Assembly: GCF_046119375.1 (NCBI RefSeq)
Contig: NW_027362761.1
Coordinates: 253,022,001-253,086,000 of the forward strand
DNA: 64,000 nucleotides
Direction: 5' to 3'
Origin: Phyllobates terribilis
Taxonomy: Eukaryota
Shown piece after piece: positions 61,463 to 64,000 of this stretch. Position numbers and translations under genes: made by a program. The notes under the pieces were generated by a model. That model was not told the DNA's origin and ran no database searches. It saw only the letters and a program-made list of their open reading frames with translations. Position 1 is the stretch's first letter, and each line of letters starts with the position of its first letter.

Positions 61463-62863
61463 CAGTGAAGGAGATAATTATTTGATCCCTTGCTGTTTTT
61501 GTAAGTTTGCCCACTGACAAAGACATGAACTGTCTATAATATTAAGGGTGGGTTAATTTTACCTTTGAGAGATATAATATCCCCCAAAAAAATCAATGAA
61601 AATCACATTGTATAAATTAGATAAATGGTTTTGCATTTTGCAGTGAGAAATAAGTATTTGATCCCTCTGGCAAACAACACTTAATACTTGGTGGCAAAAT
61701 CCTTGTTTGCAAGCACAGCAGTGAGACGTTTTTTGTAGTTGATGATGAGGGTTGTGCACATGACAGGAGGAATTTTGGTCCACTCCTCTTGGCAGATCAT
61801 CTCTAAATCATTAAGATTTTGAGGCTGTCGCTTGGCAACTCGGAGCTTCAACTGCCCCCATAAGTTTTCTATGGGATTAAGGTTTGGAGACTGGCTAGGC
61901 CACTCCATGACCTTAATGTGCTTCTTTTTGAGCCACTCCTCTGTTGCTGTATGTTTTGGGTCATTGTCTTGCTGGAAGACCCAGCCACGACCCATTTTTA
62001 ATGTCCTGGCAGAGGGAAGGAGGTTGTCACTCAGGATTTTACGGTGCATGGCTCCATCCATTCTCCCATTGATGCAGTGAAGTAGTCCTGTGCCCTTAGC
62101 AGAGAACCCCCCCCCCAAAAAAACCTAATGTTTCCACCTCCATGCTTGACAGTGGGGATGGTTTTCTTTGGGTCATAGGCAGCATTTCTCTGACTCCAAA
62201 CACGTCGAGATGAGTTGATGCCAAAGAGCTAAATTTTTGTCTCATATGACCACAGCACCTTCTCCCAATAACTCACAGAATCATCCAGGTGTTCATTGGC
62301 AAACTTCAGACGGGCCTGCACGTGCCTTCTTGAGCAGGGGGACCTTGCGGGCACTGCAGGATTTTAAACCTTTAAGGCGTAATGTGTTACCAATGGTTTT
62401 CTTGGTGACTGTGGTCCCTTCTGCCTGGAGATCATTAACAAGTTCCCTCTGTGTAGTTTTAGACTGATCTCTCACCTTCCTCATGATCAAGGATACCCCA
62501 TGAGGTGAGATTTTGCATGGTGCCCCAGATCGATGTCGATTGACAGTCATTTTGTATTTCTTCGGTTTTCTTACTATTGCATCAACAGTTCTTTCTCATC
62601 CAGCATCTTACTTATGGTTTTGTAGCCCATTCCAGCTTTGTGCAGGTCTATGATCTTGTCCCTGACATCCTTAGAAAGCTCTTTGGTCTTTGCCAATGTT
62701 GTAGAGGTTAGAGTCTGACTGATTAATTGAGTCTGTGGACAGGAGTCTTTTATACCGGTGACTATGTAAGACAGCTGTCTTTAATGCAGGTAACGAGTTG
62801 ATTAGGAGCATCTAACTGGTCTGTAGGAGCCAGAACTCCTAATGGATTGTAGGGGATCAAATA
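61463..62863 (-). mobile_element. Degenerate Tc1-like element with IR/DR ends, interrupted by another Tc1
   Basis: TA|CAGTGAAGGAGATAATTATTTGATCCC end; ORFs 61681-62118 ([15 protein letters not shown]) and 62293-62550; right end cut at AGGGGATCAAA|TA. Confidence 0.88.
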
Positions 62864-64000
62864 CACTGCTCAAAAAAATAAAGGGAACACTCAAATAACA
62901 CATCCTAGATCTAAATGAATGAAATATTCTCATTGAATACTTTGTTCTGTACAAAGTTCAATGTGCTGACAACAAAATCACACAAAAATAATCAATGGAA
63001 ATCAAATTTATTAACCAATGGAGGCCTGGATTTGGAGGCACCCCCAAAATTAAAGTGGAAAAACACACTACAGGCTGATCCAACTTTGATGTAATGTCCT
63101 TAAAACAAGTCAAAATGAGGCTCAGTATTGTGTGCGGCCTCCACGTGCCTGTATGACCTCCCTACAATGCCTGGGCATGCTCCTGATGAGGTTGCGGATG
63201 GTCTCCTGTGGGATCTCCTCCCAGACCTGGACTAAAGCATCTGCCAACTCCTGGACAGTCTGTGGTGCAACGTGACGTTGGTGGATGGAGCGAGACATGA
63301 TGTCCCAGATGTGCTCAATCTGATTCAGGTCTGGGGAACGGGCGGGCCAGTCCATAGCTTCAATGCCTTCATCTTGCAGGAACTGCTGACACACTCCAGC
63401 CACATGAGGTCTGGCATTGTCCTGCATTAGGAGGAATCCAGGGCCAACCGCACCAGCATTTGGTCTCACAAGGGGTCTGGGGATCTCATCTCGGTACCTA
63501 ATGGCAGTCAGGCTACCTCTGGCGAGCACATAGAGGGCTGTGCGGCCCTCCAAAGAAATGCCACCCCACACCATTACTGACCCACTGCCAAACCGGTCAT
63601 GCTGAAGGATGTTGCAGGCAGCAGATCGCTGTCCACGGCGTCTCCAGACTCTGTCACATGTGCTCAGTGTGAACCTGCTTTCATCTGTGAAGAGCACAGG
63701 GCGCCAGTGGCGACTTTGCCAATCCTGGTGTTCTGTGGCAAATGTCAAGCGTCCTGCACGGTGTTGGACTGTGAGCACAACCTCCATCTGTGGACGTCGG
63801 GCCCTCATGGAGTCGGTTTCTAACCGTTTGTGCAGACACATGTACATTTGTGGCCTGCTGGAGGTCATTTTGCAGGGCTCTGGCAGTGCTCCTCCTGTTC
63901 CTCCTTGCACAAAGGCGGAGGTAGCGGTCCTGCTGCTGGGTTGTTGCCCTCCTACGGCCCCCTCCACGTCTCATGGTGCACTGGCCTGTCTCCTGGTCGC
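62864..64000 (-). mobile_element. Tc1-like DD34E element (family of 19071/40347), runs off the window
   Basis: TA|CACTGCTCAAAAAAATAAAGGGAACAC; ORF 63122-63967 FTDESRF, VWGG, MQDNA..34 aa..IEHIW. Confidence 0.93.

Overview
Vertebrate genomic DNA, probably anuran (inferred from its Tc1/CR1/V-SINE/TTAA-MITE content). It carries four spliced genes in two head-to-head pairs. Pair 1: PES1 (minus strand, exons 1-5, continues off the left edge) and TWNK (Twinkle mtDNA helicase, plus strand, complete, 5 exons, 666 aa). Pair 2: PXMP2 (minus strand, complete, 5 exons, 195 aa) and POLE (plus strand, exons 1-13, continues off the right edge). All exons were read by hand and have GT-AG boundaries and consistent phases. 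Introns and the intergenic gap hold Tc1/mariner elements (including a DD38E-type copy with a full 350-aa ORF), a 5'-truncated CR1 LINE, V-SINEs, hAT/Harbinger/TTAA MITEs and minisatellites. Main observations: (1) TWNK sits between PES1 and PXMP2-POLE instead of beside MRPL43 as in human; (2) each bidirectional pair has a large minisatellite starting about 115 bp into intron 1 of one partner, and the PES1 one has an E-box in most of its roughly 49 units; (3) two same-family Tc1 copies bracket POLE proofreading-domain exons 8-13, an in-frame block; (4) a degenerate minimal hammerhead ribozyme lies in a ~380-bp segment flanked by direct repeats. Gene and family names come from recalled protein motifs, not database searches.
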